A stretch of DNA of 64,000 nucleotides, from positions 96,001-160,000 of the forward strand of contig JAVJQW010000055.1 of NCBI GenBank assembly GCA_040218735.1, written 5' to 3'. Below the pieces are notes generated by a model. It worked only from the letters and a program-made list of their open reading frames with translations. It ran no database searches and was not told the origin of the DNA. Made by a program: the position numbers and the translations under genes. Shown here piece by piece: positions 20,876-28,853 of this stretch; position 1 is the stretch's first letter, and each line of letters starts with the position of its first letter. This DNA comes from Deltaproteobacteria bacterium. Its GTDB lineage: Bacteria > Myxococcota > Kuafuiibacteriia > Kuafuiibacteriales > Kuafuiibacteriaceae.

Positions 20876-21598
20876 ATGAGCAGCAACCCGTTTGCCACGC
20901 CGCGCGCGAGCGCGGACCTCGAAGACGACAGCGGGCCCATTCCGCACCGGGGGCCGGTCAAGGCGGACTTGCGTCCGATCGAGCTGCTCAAGCGCGGTAA
21001 GGATCTCATCAGCGATCAATATTGGACGTTCTTTGGCGTGACGGGCCTCGGCATCCTGGTCGGTTCGGCGGCGCCCTTCGGCATCATCCTCGGACCGATG
21101 ATGTGCGGCATGTACCTGTGCCTGGTTCGGAAGGCGCGCGGCGACGACTCCGTGACCGTGAACGACCTGTTCAAGGGCTTCGACTTCTTCAAGCAGGGCT
21201 TCATCGCGATGATGATCGGGACGGTCGCGATCCTCTTGGCCATCGTCCCGTTCATGATCGCGCTGGTGGTGACGATCCGGAGCGACCCGGACTCGTTCAT
21301 CGCGGTGCTCTTGTCCATGTACGCGGCCATCTTCGCTCTGAGCATGCTCGTCAACGTGTTCATGATGTTCGCGTTCCCGCTCATCGTGGATCGCGGCTAC
21401 ACCGCGATCGATGCGCTGAAGACGAGCTTTCGCGCGGCGAAGATGAACCTGGGCGGGCTCCTCCTCCTCTCGCTCACGAGCGCGGTGGCCGGCCTCGTCC
21501 TCGCGCTCATGTGTTACGTCCCGGCGTTCCTGTTCATGCCGGTGAGCTTCGCGGCGTTCACGCTCGCGTACCTCGAGATCTTCCCCGACGCGGAGTGA
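20876..21598 (+). CDS. Integral membrane protein
   Basis: NPF.TP N-terminus, about five hydrophobic helices, DLFKGF, FAFPLIVDRG. Confidence 0.7.
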   Translation: MSSNPFATPRASADLEDDSGPIPHRGPVKADLRPIELLKRGKDLISDQYWTFFGVTGLGILVGSAAPFGIILGPMMCGMYLCLVRKARGDDSVTVNDLFKGFDFFKQGFIAMMIGTVAILLAIVPFMIALVVTIRSDPDSFIAVLLSMYAAIFALSMLVNVFMMFAFPLIVDRGYTAIDALKTSFRAAKMNLGGLLLLSLTSAVAGLVLALMCYVPAFLFMPVSFAAFTLAYLEIFPDAE

Positions 21599-21623
21599 GC
21601 CGGCGGCCGAGCTGCGAAACCGA

Positions 21624-23273
21624 TCAGGCGAGGCGATCCGAGAGGGCTTCGGTTCCGTCACCGCGGATGAGTTGGTCCGCCATGCGCTCGGCCACCGCCG
21701 CGATCGTGAGTGATGGGTTCACGCCGAGCGCGGAGGGGATGACGGCGCCATCCATCACGAAGAGGTTTCGATTGGTGAACGACTCGCCGTTGGCGTTGAC
21801 GATCCCCTCGGTGGGTTCGTCGGCCATGCGGCACCCGCCCAAGGGGTGGGACGTGTTGACGGTGCCGTCCTTGCGGTAGTTGTCGAGGAACAACTCACCG
21901 CCGAGGGCTTCGTAGATCCGGCGCATGGCGTCCACGGCTGCGCTCCAGCGCTCCTCGGTGCGGGCGGAGGTCTCGCGCCACCGGACCTGAACGCGGTCGC
22001 CGCTGAGGCCGATCTCACCTTCACACGCGTCGAGCGCGAGGCACCCCATCGTCAGGGAGCGCGCGCCGAACTCGGTGAGTTGTCGTTTGAAGTCGAAGCC
22101 CCAGTGACGGTGGCGTCTGCCGTCGTCACGCTCCGCGACGGTCGTGGAGCCGCGGCCGGTCGCGTCGGGGTGTTTCGGCGGGGACAGCGTCGAGATCTGT
22201 TCGAGCGCGGTGTAGAGCGGCGCCGCGTAGAACGGGATGAGGATGAATTGATGCTCGGGCCAGAAGCTCGGGCAGAAGCTCGACATCGGCTTGCCCTTGA
22301 AGCTCTCCACCCGCATCTCGAAGTCCGCGCCGACGCGCCCGGTGACACCGTAGTCACCGTTGGAGGAGAGGTTCTGGCCGAGCACGGCGCGGCCGTTTTC
22401 TTCGTCGCCGCGGTCGAGCGCGCGTTCGCCGACGAAGTGGTCGCGCGAGCGCATCAGCAGCGCCGACGACGCGACGCACCCGGCGGCGACGATCAGTACG
22501 CGGCACTCGATCTCGAACTCGACCTTCCTGCCGCCGCGGGTGTCGACGCCCTTCACGACGTAGCCGTCGTTGGTCGGTGCGATCGTGTCGACGTCGTGGC
22601 CGGTGCGGAACTCGACGCCGGACGCGAGGGCGTCGGCGAGGTAGTTCTTCGTGAGGTCTTGCCGCCCCGAGAAGCGCTGGCCCTGGTTCCACCAGCCCTC
22701 GTTGGCGTCCTGGTAGTCGGCGAGCTTGAGCGGCGCCGCGGTGGCGCCGATTCGGCGGCAGCCCTCCGCGAACACGAAGTCGCGCTTCGTCGCGAGCTGC
22801 CAGTGCGGGACGGTGGCGTCCGTCCACTCCAGCTTGTGCACGCGGAGTTTGTCCTCGACGACGCGGTACCAGGGGTCGAGCGCGGCGCGGTCGAATCCGG
22901 ACGGCCAGAGGCGTCGACCGCGGCGGGTCTGATCGAAGACGAGCTGCGGTGCCCGTAGGCTCACGCCGTCGTAGAGGAGCGAGCCGCCGCCGAGCCCTTT
23001 GCCGGTGACGACGTTCATACTCGCGACGCCGTCGCGGTAGGCGCCTTCGGTGTCGGTGAACAGCTCGCCGATCTCCGTGAGGTAGGTCGGCGACAACGAG
23101 TGCGCGAAGCGGTTGCCCTGTTCGTTGACTGGGGGGCCGTCCGAGGCGGGGTCGAAGCGCCCCGTGGGGTCGATGCCCTTGTCGAGAACGAGGACGCGGT
23201 TCGCGGCGGCGCCGAGGCGCGCGGCGGCGACCGCGCCGCCGAAGCCGGAGCCGATGATCACCACGTCGTGCAT
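21624..23273 (-). CDS. GMC oxidoreductase (cholesterol oxidase-like)
   Basis: MHDVVIIGSGFGG (ATG at 23273), GLGGGSL, KNYL, SHPLGGCRM, GVNPSLTIAAVAER. No signal peptide. Confidence 0.88.
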   Translation of the reverse strand: MHDVVIIGSGFGGAVAAARLGAAANRVLVLDKGIDPTGRFDPASDGPPVNEQGNRFAHSLSPTYLTEIGELFTDTEGAYRDGVASMNVVTGKGLGGGSLLYDGVSLRAPQLVFDQTRRGRRLWPSGFDRAALDPWYRVVEDKLRVHKLEWTDATVPHWQLATKRDFVFAEGCRRIGATAAPLKLADYQDANEGWWNQGQRFSGRQDLTKNYLADALASGVEFRTGHDVDTIAPTNDGYVVKGVDTRGGRKVEFEIECRVLIVAAGCVASSALLMRSRDHFVGERALDRGDEENGRAVLGQNLSSNGDYGVTGRVGADFEMRVESFKGKPMSSFCPSFWPEHQFILIPFYAAPLYTALEQISTLSPPKHPDATGRGSTTVAERDDGRRHRHWGFDFKRQLTEFGARSLTMGCLALDACEGEIGLSGDRVQVRWRETSARTEERWSAAVDAMRRIYEALGGELFLDNYRKDGTVNTSHPLGGCRMADEPTEGIVNANGESFTNRNLFVMDGAVIPSALGVNPSLTIAAVAERMADQLIRGDGTEALSDRLA

Positions 23274-24061
23274 CAGAGCAGGTCTCCGTTGGCGTCGAGC
23301 AGGGTCGCGAGGTCCTCGCCGGGGGTCGGGGCGGGCGTGCGGTTGAAGGTGTAGTCGTCGAGCACGCCCGCGGCGGCGAGGGCGCCGAGGTCTTCCGTCT
23401 CGGCGTCGACGAGGCGTCCGTCCGTCGTGCGCGGGTAGCCGCGAATCGCGATGTTCGCCGCGGGATCCTCGAACGGGGGGAAGCCGATCGCGACGAGGCC
23501 GGCCTTGGACTCGCCGCCGCCGAGCCACGCGAGGAAACACGCCGCGCGGAGGAAGGTCAGGCCGACGGCGCGCTCCGGATCTTCGAAGCCTTCGTCGATC
23601 GCGGCTTCCTGGAGGTCGCGGGGGAGCCGGCGGAACGCGGTGAACGGGCGTTGGTCGAAGGCGAGCGCGTCGAGGTCGGCGGCGAGCACCAAGCGCACGG
23701 CGTCGTCGAACGCCTCGGGGGTTCGGTCGAGGACGGCGGGGAGGACGGGGAGCAGGTTGAGCTCCCGAGCGGCCGGAACGAAATTCGCGAGCGCCAACAT
23801 CGCGAGGGTGTCGACGTCGTTCGCGCCGGGTGAGACGACTGACCCACTGGCGTCCCGCTCCGAGGGCAGGAGCACGTCGAACGCGACCCGCAGCGTGGCC
23901 TCCGCCTGGGTCAGCTCCTCGACCTCGCGGTACGTGTAGTTCTCGGGATCCAGGGCGTCGAACTTGCCTGGAGGGGGTTCTTCGGTGCGCACGCCGCAGG
24001 CCGCGCCCAGGCCGAGGAGGCCGAGCACCTGCATCACTTCGCGTCGGGAGAACCGCGTCAC
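23273..24061 (-). CDS. Tat-exported lipoprotein partner (gluconate-2-DH subunit 3-like)
   Basis: SRREVM twin-Arg, lipobox GAAC, PGA, F..L....Q and IGFP motifs; its stop overlaps the GMC start. Confidence 0.6.
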   Translation of the reverse strand: MTRFSRREVMQVLGLLGLGAACGVRTEEPPPGKFDALDPENYTYREVEELTQAEATLRVAFDVLLPSERDASGSVVSPGANDVDTLAMLALANFVPAARELNLLPVLPAVLDRTPEAFDDAVRLVLAADLDALAFDQRPFTAFRRLPRDLQEAAIDEGFEDPERAVGLTFLRAACFLAWLGGGESKAGLVAIGFPPFEDPAANIAIRGYPRTTDGRLVDAETEDLGALAAAGVLDDYTFNRTPAPTPGEDLATLLDANGDLL

Positions 24062-24174
24062 CGTATCGTGCGTGTAGCAGCGGTCGAGTCGGGGGCTCTA
24101 TGACAATTTCCTGGAGTACGACTCTCGGATCCTGAAATGGAAGAAATCCACTCGCCTACGTAACGCAGTAGGTC

Positions 24175-26073
24175 GTGGGTCGCTTCGTGGGTCATCGCGT
24201 GCTCGGCATCGCTCTCGCGGTGTTCGGTCCCCCCGCGTGTTCCGCGGACCTGACCGTCGAGGCGCCGCTAGCCCCCCACGCGTGCGGCGCCTCGACGGGC
24301 CCACACGCCCACGACTACATCGTCGTCGGTTCGGGCGCGGGCGGCGGTCCGCTCGCCGCGCGCCTCGCACGCGCGGGGTGCCGTGTGCTCCTCCTCGAAG
24401 CCGGTGCCGACGTCGGCGGGCGCCTCGAGTACCAGGTGCCGGCGATGCACGCGCTCAGCACGGAGCACGAAGCGACGGCGTGGTCGTTCTTCGTCGGTCA
24501 CCACGCCGATTCGTCGATCGACCGAGAGGACTCCAAGTACACGGACGCCGGAATCCTCTACCCACGCGGGAGTGCGCTCGGCGGCTCGACGGCGGTCAAC
24601 GCGCTCGTCACCATCCGCCCCTCGCCGAGCGACTGGAATCGCCTCGCCCAGATCACCGGCGAGGCCGGCTTCCGCGCTGCGAACATGGACGGGTACTACG
24701 GCCGCGTCCGCGAGTGGCTCGACGTCGAGCTGCCGTCCCCCGAGCTCGCGGCCTCCGACGCGAAGATTGCGGACTACCTCATGGCCGCCGCCACCGCGTT
24801 TGCGAAGGACGAGGGGGCGCCGACGATCGACGGTCTGCCGGAGAACACCCGCGGCGCGGGCGCGCTGCACTCGCTCCTCGCGCACGACGTCAACGACGCC
24901 CTCGCCGACGGGGAGACCGCCGGCCTGTTCCGCCTGCCGCTCGCGACGAGCGCGGGCAAGCGCAACGGCACCCGTGAGTTCCTCGTCGACACCGCGGCGG
25001 AGGGCTACCCGCTCGAGATTCGCACCGGCGCGTTCGTGACCCGCGTCCTGTTCGAGCGGTTGTCGGCGCCGACGGCGGTCGGTGTGGAGTACCACCGCGG
25101 CGCGAAGCTCTACGGCGCGTCGATCGGCGCGCGCGGCGCGAGCGAGGGCGTCGAGGTCGCGTACGCGAACAACGAGGTCATCCTCGCGGCCGGCGCGTTC
25201 AACTCGCCGCAGCTGTTGATGCTGTCGGGCGTCGGCGATCCGGACCACCTCGCGGCGCACGGCATCGACGTCGTCGCGGCGCGCCCCGGCGTCGGTCGCA
25301 ACCTGCAGGACCGCAACGAGGTTGCCGTCGTGACCGAGTTCGACGAGGCGATCGACACCGTCGCGCCGTGCTCGCTGGGTGACGCGGAGGAGGATGACCC
25401 GTGCCTCGAAGCGTGGACGGAGGGGCAGGGCGTGTACCGGACCACCGGCTTCCTCGGCACGGTGCTGAAGCGTTCAACCCCCGACGTCGCGCTCGCCGAC
25501 CTGCAGGTGTTCGGCTCCCCCGGTGACGCGCGCGGCTACTACCCGGGTTACTCGAACGACGCGCTCGCGCAGGACGACCGCTTCTCGTGGCTCGTGCTCA
25601 AGGCGCACACCGAGAACCGCGACGGCCGCGTTTCCCTCGTGAGCCGCGACCCGTTCACGCGCCCCGACATTCGATTCAACTACTTCGACGAGGCGAACCC
25701 ACTCGCGGATCCGGATCTGAAGGCGGTCGTCGAGGGTGTGAAGTTCGTCCGCGAGATCATCGGAGAGATGCGCGACGACTACGACGAGGACGACCTCGTC
25801 GAGATCTGGCCCGGGCCGGAGGTGTCGACGGACGAAGCGATCGGCGAGTGGGTGCGGCGCGAGACGTGGGGCCACCACGCGTCGTGCTCCAACAAGATGG
25901 GCCTCGTCGACGACCCGATGGCGGTGGTGGACCCGACCTTCCGAGTCATCGGCGTCGACCGCCTCCGCGTGGTGGATGCGTCGGTCTTCCCGGAGATCCC
26001 GGGGACGTTCATCGCGGTGCCGACCTTCATGCTCTCCGAGCGTGCGGCCGACGTGATCCTGGAGGGCCTGTGA
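24175..26073 (+). CDS. Exported GMC oxidoreductase (choline dehydrogenase family)
   Basis: Signal/lipoprotein N-terminus; DYIVVGSGAGG, GSALGGSTAVN, NSPQLLMLSG, VGRNLQD, HHASCS, LRVVDASVFP. Confidence 0.9.
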   Translation: MGRFVGHRVLGIALAVFGPPACSADLTVEAPLAPHACGASTGPHAHDYIVVGSGAGGGPLAARLARAGCRVLLLEAGADVGGRLEYQVPAMHALSTEHEATAWSFFVGHHADSSIDREDSKYTDAGILYPRGSALGGSTAVNALVTIRPSPSDWNRLAQITGEAGFRAANMDGYYGRVREWLDVELPSPELAASDAKIADYLMAAATAFAKDEGAPTIDGLPENTRGAGALHSLLAHDVNDALADGETAGLFRLPLATSAGKRNGTREFLVDTAAEGYPLEIRTGAFVTRVLFERLSAPTAVGVEYHRGAKLYGASIGARGASEGVEVAYANNEVILAAGAFNSPQLLMLSGVGDPDHLAAHGIDVVAARPGVGRNLQDRNEVAVVTEFDEAIDTVAPCSLGDAEEDDPCLEAWTEGQGVYRTTGFLGTVLKRSTPDVALADLQVFGSPGDARGYYPGYSNDALAQDDRFSWLVLKAHTENRDGRVSLVSRDPFTRPDIRFNYFDEANPLADPDLKAVVEGVKFVREIIGEMRDDYDEDDLVEIWPGPEVSTDEAIGEWVRRETWGHHASCSNKMGLVDDPMAVVDPTFRVIGVDRLRVVDASVFPEIPGTFIAVPTFMLSERAADVILEGL

Positions 26074-27266
26074 GAGCGCTCGCCGCGTTGCCGCTGCTGC
26101 TCGTCGGGTGCGGCGGCGAGCTCGTGTACTGCACCGACCTCGCGGCCGAGCTCGCGGAGTGTGACGTCGCGGCGACCGAGCTGTCGTGTGAGCTCATCAC
26201 GCTCGGCGACCGCGTCGCGCTGAAGAACGACTTCGACGCGCGCGGCTGCGACGCGGTGTGGAACGAAGACGGCGAGGTCGACGATCGCCTGTGTCGAGCC
26301 TTCAACTGGGACTGCCCGGAGCCGCTGCAACCCGCGCCGCACGAAGTGCCGCTCGCGAACCCCGTCGTGTTCGTGGGGGGCGTCGACAACGGCCCCGAGT
26401 TCGACTGGAACCCGGACGTCCTCGACCGCGTCGCGCGCGAGACCGGCGTCGATGTCTACCAGATCGCGCTGTCGGGCTGGGCACCGCGCGAGGTTCGCGC
26501 GCTCGAGCTGTGGCAAAAGATCCGTGTCGTCGCGACCGAGTCGCGGACGGGGCGCGTCAACCTGATCTGCTACGCGGTCGGCGGCCTCGACTGCCGGTTC
26601 CTCGTGAGCCCCGGCGGTCTGTTCGCGAACGACGCCGTGGGCGTCGAGGCGACCTCGAACGTCATCGCTTCGATCACCACGATCGCAACGCCGCACCGCG
26701 GAACCGACGTCGCGTCCGCGGCGCTCTACGCTTCGGACGAGGTCCTCGGCGCGGTGCTCGGACAGCGCGCCTCCTCCGGCCGGACGGACGCCGACGTCGT
26801 GCGCTCCCTCGAAGAGCTGACACCCGAAGCGATGGTCGAATTCAACGAGGTCGTGGTCGACGCACCGGACGTCGCCTACTACTCGTGGGCCGGCGTCACC
26901 CACTTCCTCGGTTCGTCGTTGTTCGTGAGCGAGGCGTCGATCCTCGAGCACTGCGTGGACGACTGGGACCGCCCGTCGATGCTGCGCCACCCCGACACGC
27001 AGGATCTGATGAGTGACCTCCTCGCGCCGGCCGCGCCGTTCGCGGGCCGGACGATCGATGCGTCCGGCGCCACCGCGACGAGTCCGCACGACGGGATGGT
27101 CTCCGTCGTCAGCGCGAAGTGGGGCGCGTTCATCGGCTGCATCCCGGCCGACCACTACGACGTGATCGGGCAGCACCACGACGGTGGCGCCGATCCGTAC
27201 ACCGGGTTCGATACCACGCGCTTCTACGCGAGCTGGATTCAGCAGCTCTTCGAGCGGGGGTTCTGA
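26070..27266 (+). CDS. Lipase-like lipoprotein lacking the catalytic Ser (pseudo-lipase)
   Basis: GTG overlaps the upstream TGA; lipobox LVGC; NLICYAVGGLDCR at the nucleophile elbow; TPHRG, HDGMV, DHYDVIG retained. Confidence 0.8.
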   Translation: MRALAALPLLLVGCGGELVYCTDLAAELAECDVAATELSCELITLGDRVALKNDFDARGCDAVWNEDGEVDDRLCRAFNWDCPEPLQPAPHEVPLANPVVFVGGVDNGPEFDWNPDVLDRVARETGVDVYQIALSGWAPREVRALELWQKIRVVATESRTGRVNLICYAVGGLDCRFLVSPGGLFANDAVGVEATSNVIASITTIATPHRGTDVASAALYASDEVLGAVLGQRASSGRTDADVVRSLEELTPEAMVEFNEVVVDAPDVAYYSWAGVTHFLGSSLFVSEASILEHCVDDWDRPSMLRHPDTQDLMSDLLAPAAPFAGRTIDASGATATSPHDGMVSVVSAKWGAFIGCIPADHYDVIGQHHDGGADPYTGFDTTRFYASWIQQLFERGF

Positions 27267-28516
27267 TGCGCCGCCCGTGGGTCATCGGTTGCCTCGCGCT
27301 CTTCGCCTGCGATGGGTTCGCGGTCGATCAGGATGAGCGCTGCGAGGCGCTGAACCAGTCGATGCACGACTGCCTCGGCGAAGGGTTCCCGGAGATCTCC
27401 TGCGCGGGGATGAGCGACGCCGACATCGAGACGTTCGTCGACGGCGTCGAAGACTCCGAGTGTGAGTACTGGCGCGATGCGCTCCCCCAGGACGGTGATC
27501 TGCGGGCGTCTTACTGCCGCCTGTACGACGACGGCTGCGCGGCGGCGCGCAACCCGGCGCCCGCGAAGGCACCGACGCGTTACCCGGTGTTGATGGTGAA
27601 CGGCATCGATGTGTCGTTTGCATTCCGCTACAGCGACCGGATCTTCTACGTGATGCGCGAGGTCGCGGGGCACGACGTGCGCTTCGCGATCGTCCCGCCG
27701 TACGACGCGACGACGCGCCGCGCCGCGCGACTCTGGCAACACGTCCAGGACGTCAAAGCCGAGACCGGCGCCGAGAAGGTGAATCTGATCTGCCACTCGC
27801 TGGGGGGCCTCGACTGCCGCTACCTGGTGAGCCCCGGCGGGCTCCACTGGGAGGTCGAAGCGACGCACGAAGAGATCGTCGGTTCCGTCGCGTCGGTGTC
27901 GATGGTCTCGACCGCGCACCGCGGAACACGCGTCGCGGACGCTGCGCTCGGCGCGCTCCCCCACGCCGATCGTCGCGAGGCGCTCGACAGCATCGCGACG
28001 TTCGTCGGCGAGTGGTTCACGGAGGAGGCGCTCGAGCAGGACGTCGACCTGCGCGCGTCGGTCGCCGCGTTGAGCACGACGCAGGCGCGTGCGTTCAACG
28101 CGCAGATCGTCGACGCCGCCGGCGTCTACTACCAGTCCTGGGGTGGCTTCTCGCGCCCCTTCGGCTCCGACTCCGCGTCGCACGACGAACGCCTCGCGGA
28201 GGTCTGCACGCTCGACGACGGCACCGTCGCGGTGAGCACGTTCGCGGGTGAGCACGACTACCTCGCGACGTCGTTGTTGCCGAGCTACGAGATGGTCGGC
28301 CGCGAAGACGACGCGCGCCCCGACGACATCGAGCCGAACGATGGCCTGTGCACGATCGCGTCCGCCAAGTGGGGGCGCTTCCGAGGCTGCATTCCGATCG
28401 ACCACATGGAGCAGCTCGGGCAACTCAACCTGCCCGACGCCAACGTTCGGACCGGATTCGACGTCGCGTTCTTCTACGCGAACATCGCGACTGAGCTCGC
28501 GGGGATGGGGTACTGA
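27266..28516 (+). CDS. Triacylglycerol lipase/esterase (family I-like) lipoprotein
   Basis: Lipobox LFAC; RYPVLMVNG, NLICHSLGGLDCR, NDGL, DHMEQLG. Confidence 0.88.
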   Translation: MRRPWVIGCLALFACDGFAVDQDERCEALNQSMHDCLGEGFPEISCAGMSDADIETFVDGVEDSECEYWRDALPQDGDLRASYCRLYDDGCAAARNPAPAKAPTRYPVLMVNGIDVSFAFRYSDRIFYVMREVAGHDVRFAIVPPYDATTRRAARLWQHVQDVKAETGAEKVNLICHSLGGLDCRYLVSPGGLHWEVEATHEEIVGSVASVSMVSTAHRGTRVADAALGALPHADRREALDSIATFVGEWFTEEALEQDVDLRASVAALSTTQARAFNAQIVDAAGVYYQSWGGFSRPFGSDSASHDERLAEVCTLDDGTVAVSTFAGEHDYLATSLLPSYEMVGREDDARPDDIEPNDGLCTIASAKWGRFRGCIPIDHMEQLGQLNLPDANVRTGFDVAFFYANIATELAGMGY

Positions 28517-28517
28517 C

Positions 28518-28853
28518 ATGCGCCGGTTTGCGTTGGTGCTGTTGCTCGCGGCGTGTGACCCGGGGGTGGACCTCGCGGCGCCGGGGACGGTCTGCGCCGA
28601 TGCGCAGGACCACTTCCTGGAGTGCGGTGTTGCGCTCGGCATCCTGTCGGGCTCGACGTGCTCCGGCCCGGGGCGACTCGTCGCGGAGTGTGTGGTGGAG
28701 CGCGCCGGGTCGTGTGAGCGGCTCGCGTCGATCACCTACGACCAGTGCATCGCGGAGGCGGCGGAGCGCGCCGCGGAAGCCGCGGACGGACCGGGCTTCG
28801 ACCCGGTCAACCTGTTCAACCGGGCGCGGGACCAAGAGGAGGATGATTCATGA
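28518..28853 (+). CDS. Small 6-Cys lipoprotein
   Basis: MRRFALVLLLAAC lipobox; sits 1 bp after the lipase and overlaps the MMPL start (ATGA). Confidence 0.7.
   Translation: MRRFALVLLLAACDPGVDLAAPGTVCADAQDHFLECGVALGILSGSTCSGPGRLVAECVVERAGSCERLASITYDQCIAEAAERAAEAADGPGFDPVNLFNRARDQEEDDS

Noticed and set aside
24100-24172. Imperfect palindromes in the divergent GMC intergenic region
   Set aside because: Arms are only 4-5 bp and no cognate regulator is nearby; too weak to call.
26070-27266. Pseudo-lipase as a self-resistance decoy against a beta-lactone product of the neighbouring cluster
   Set aside because: Without Ser it cannot be acylated by a beta-lactone, and the product class is unproven.
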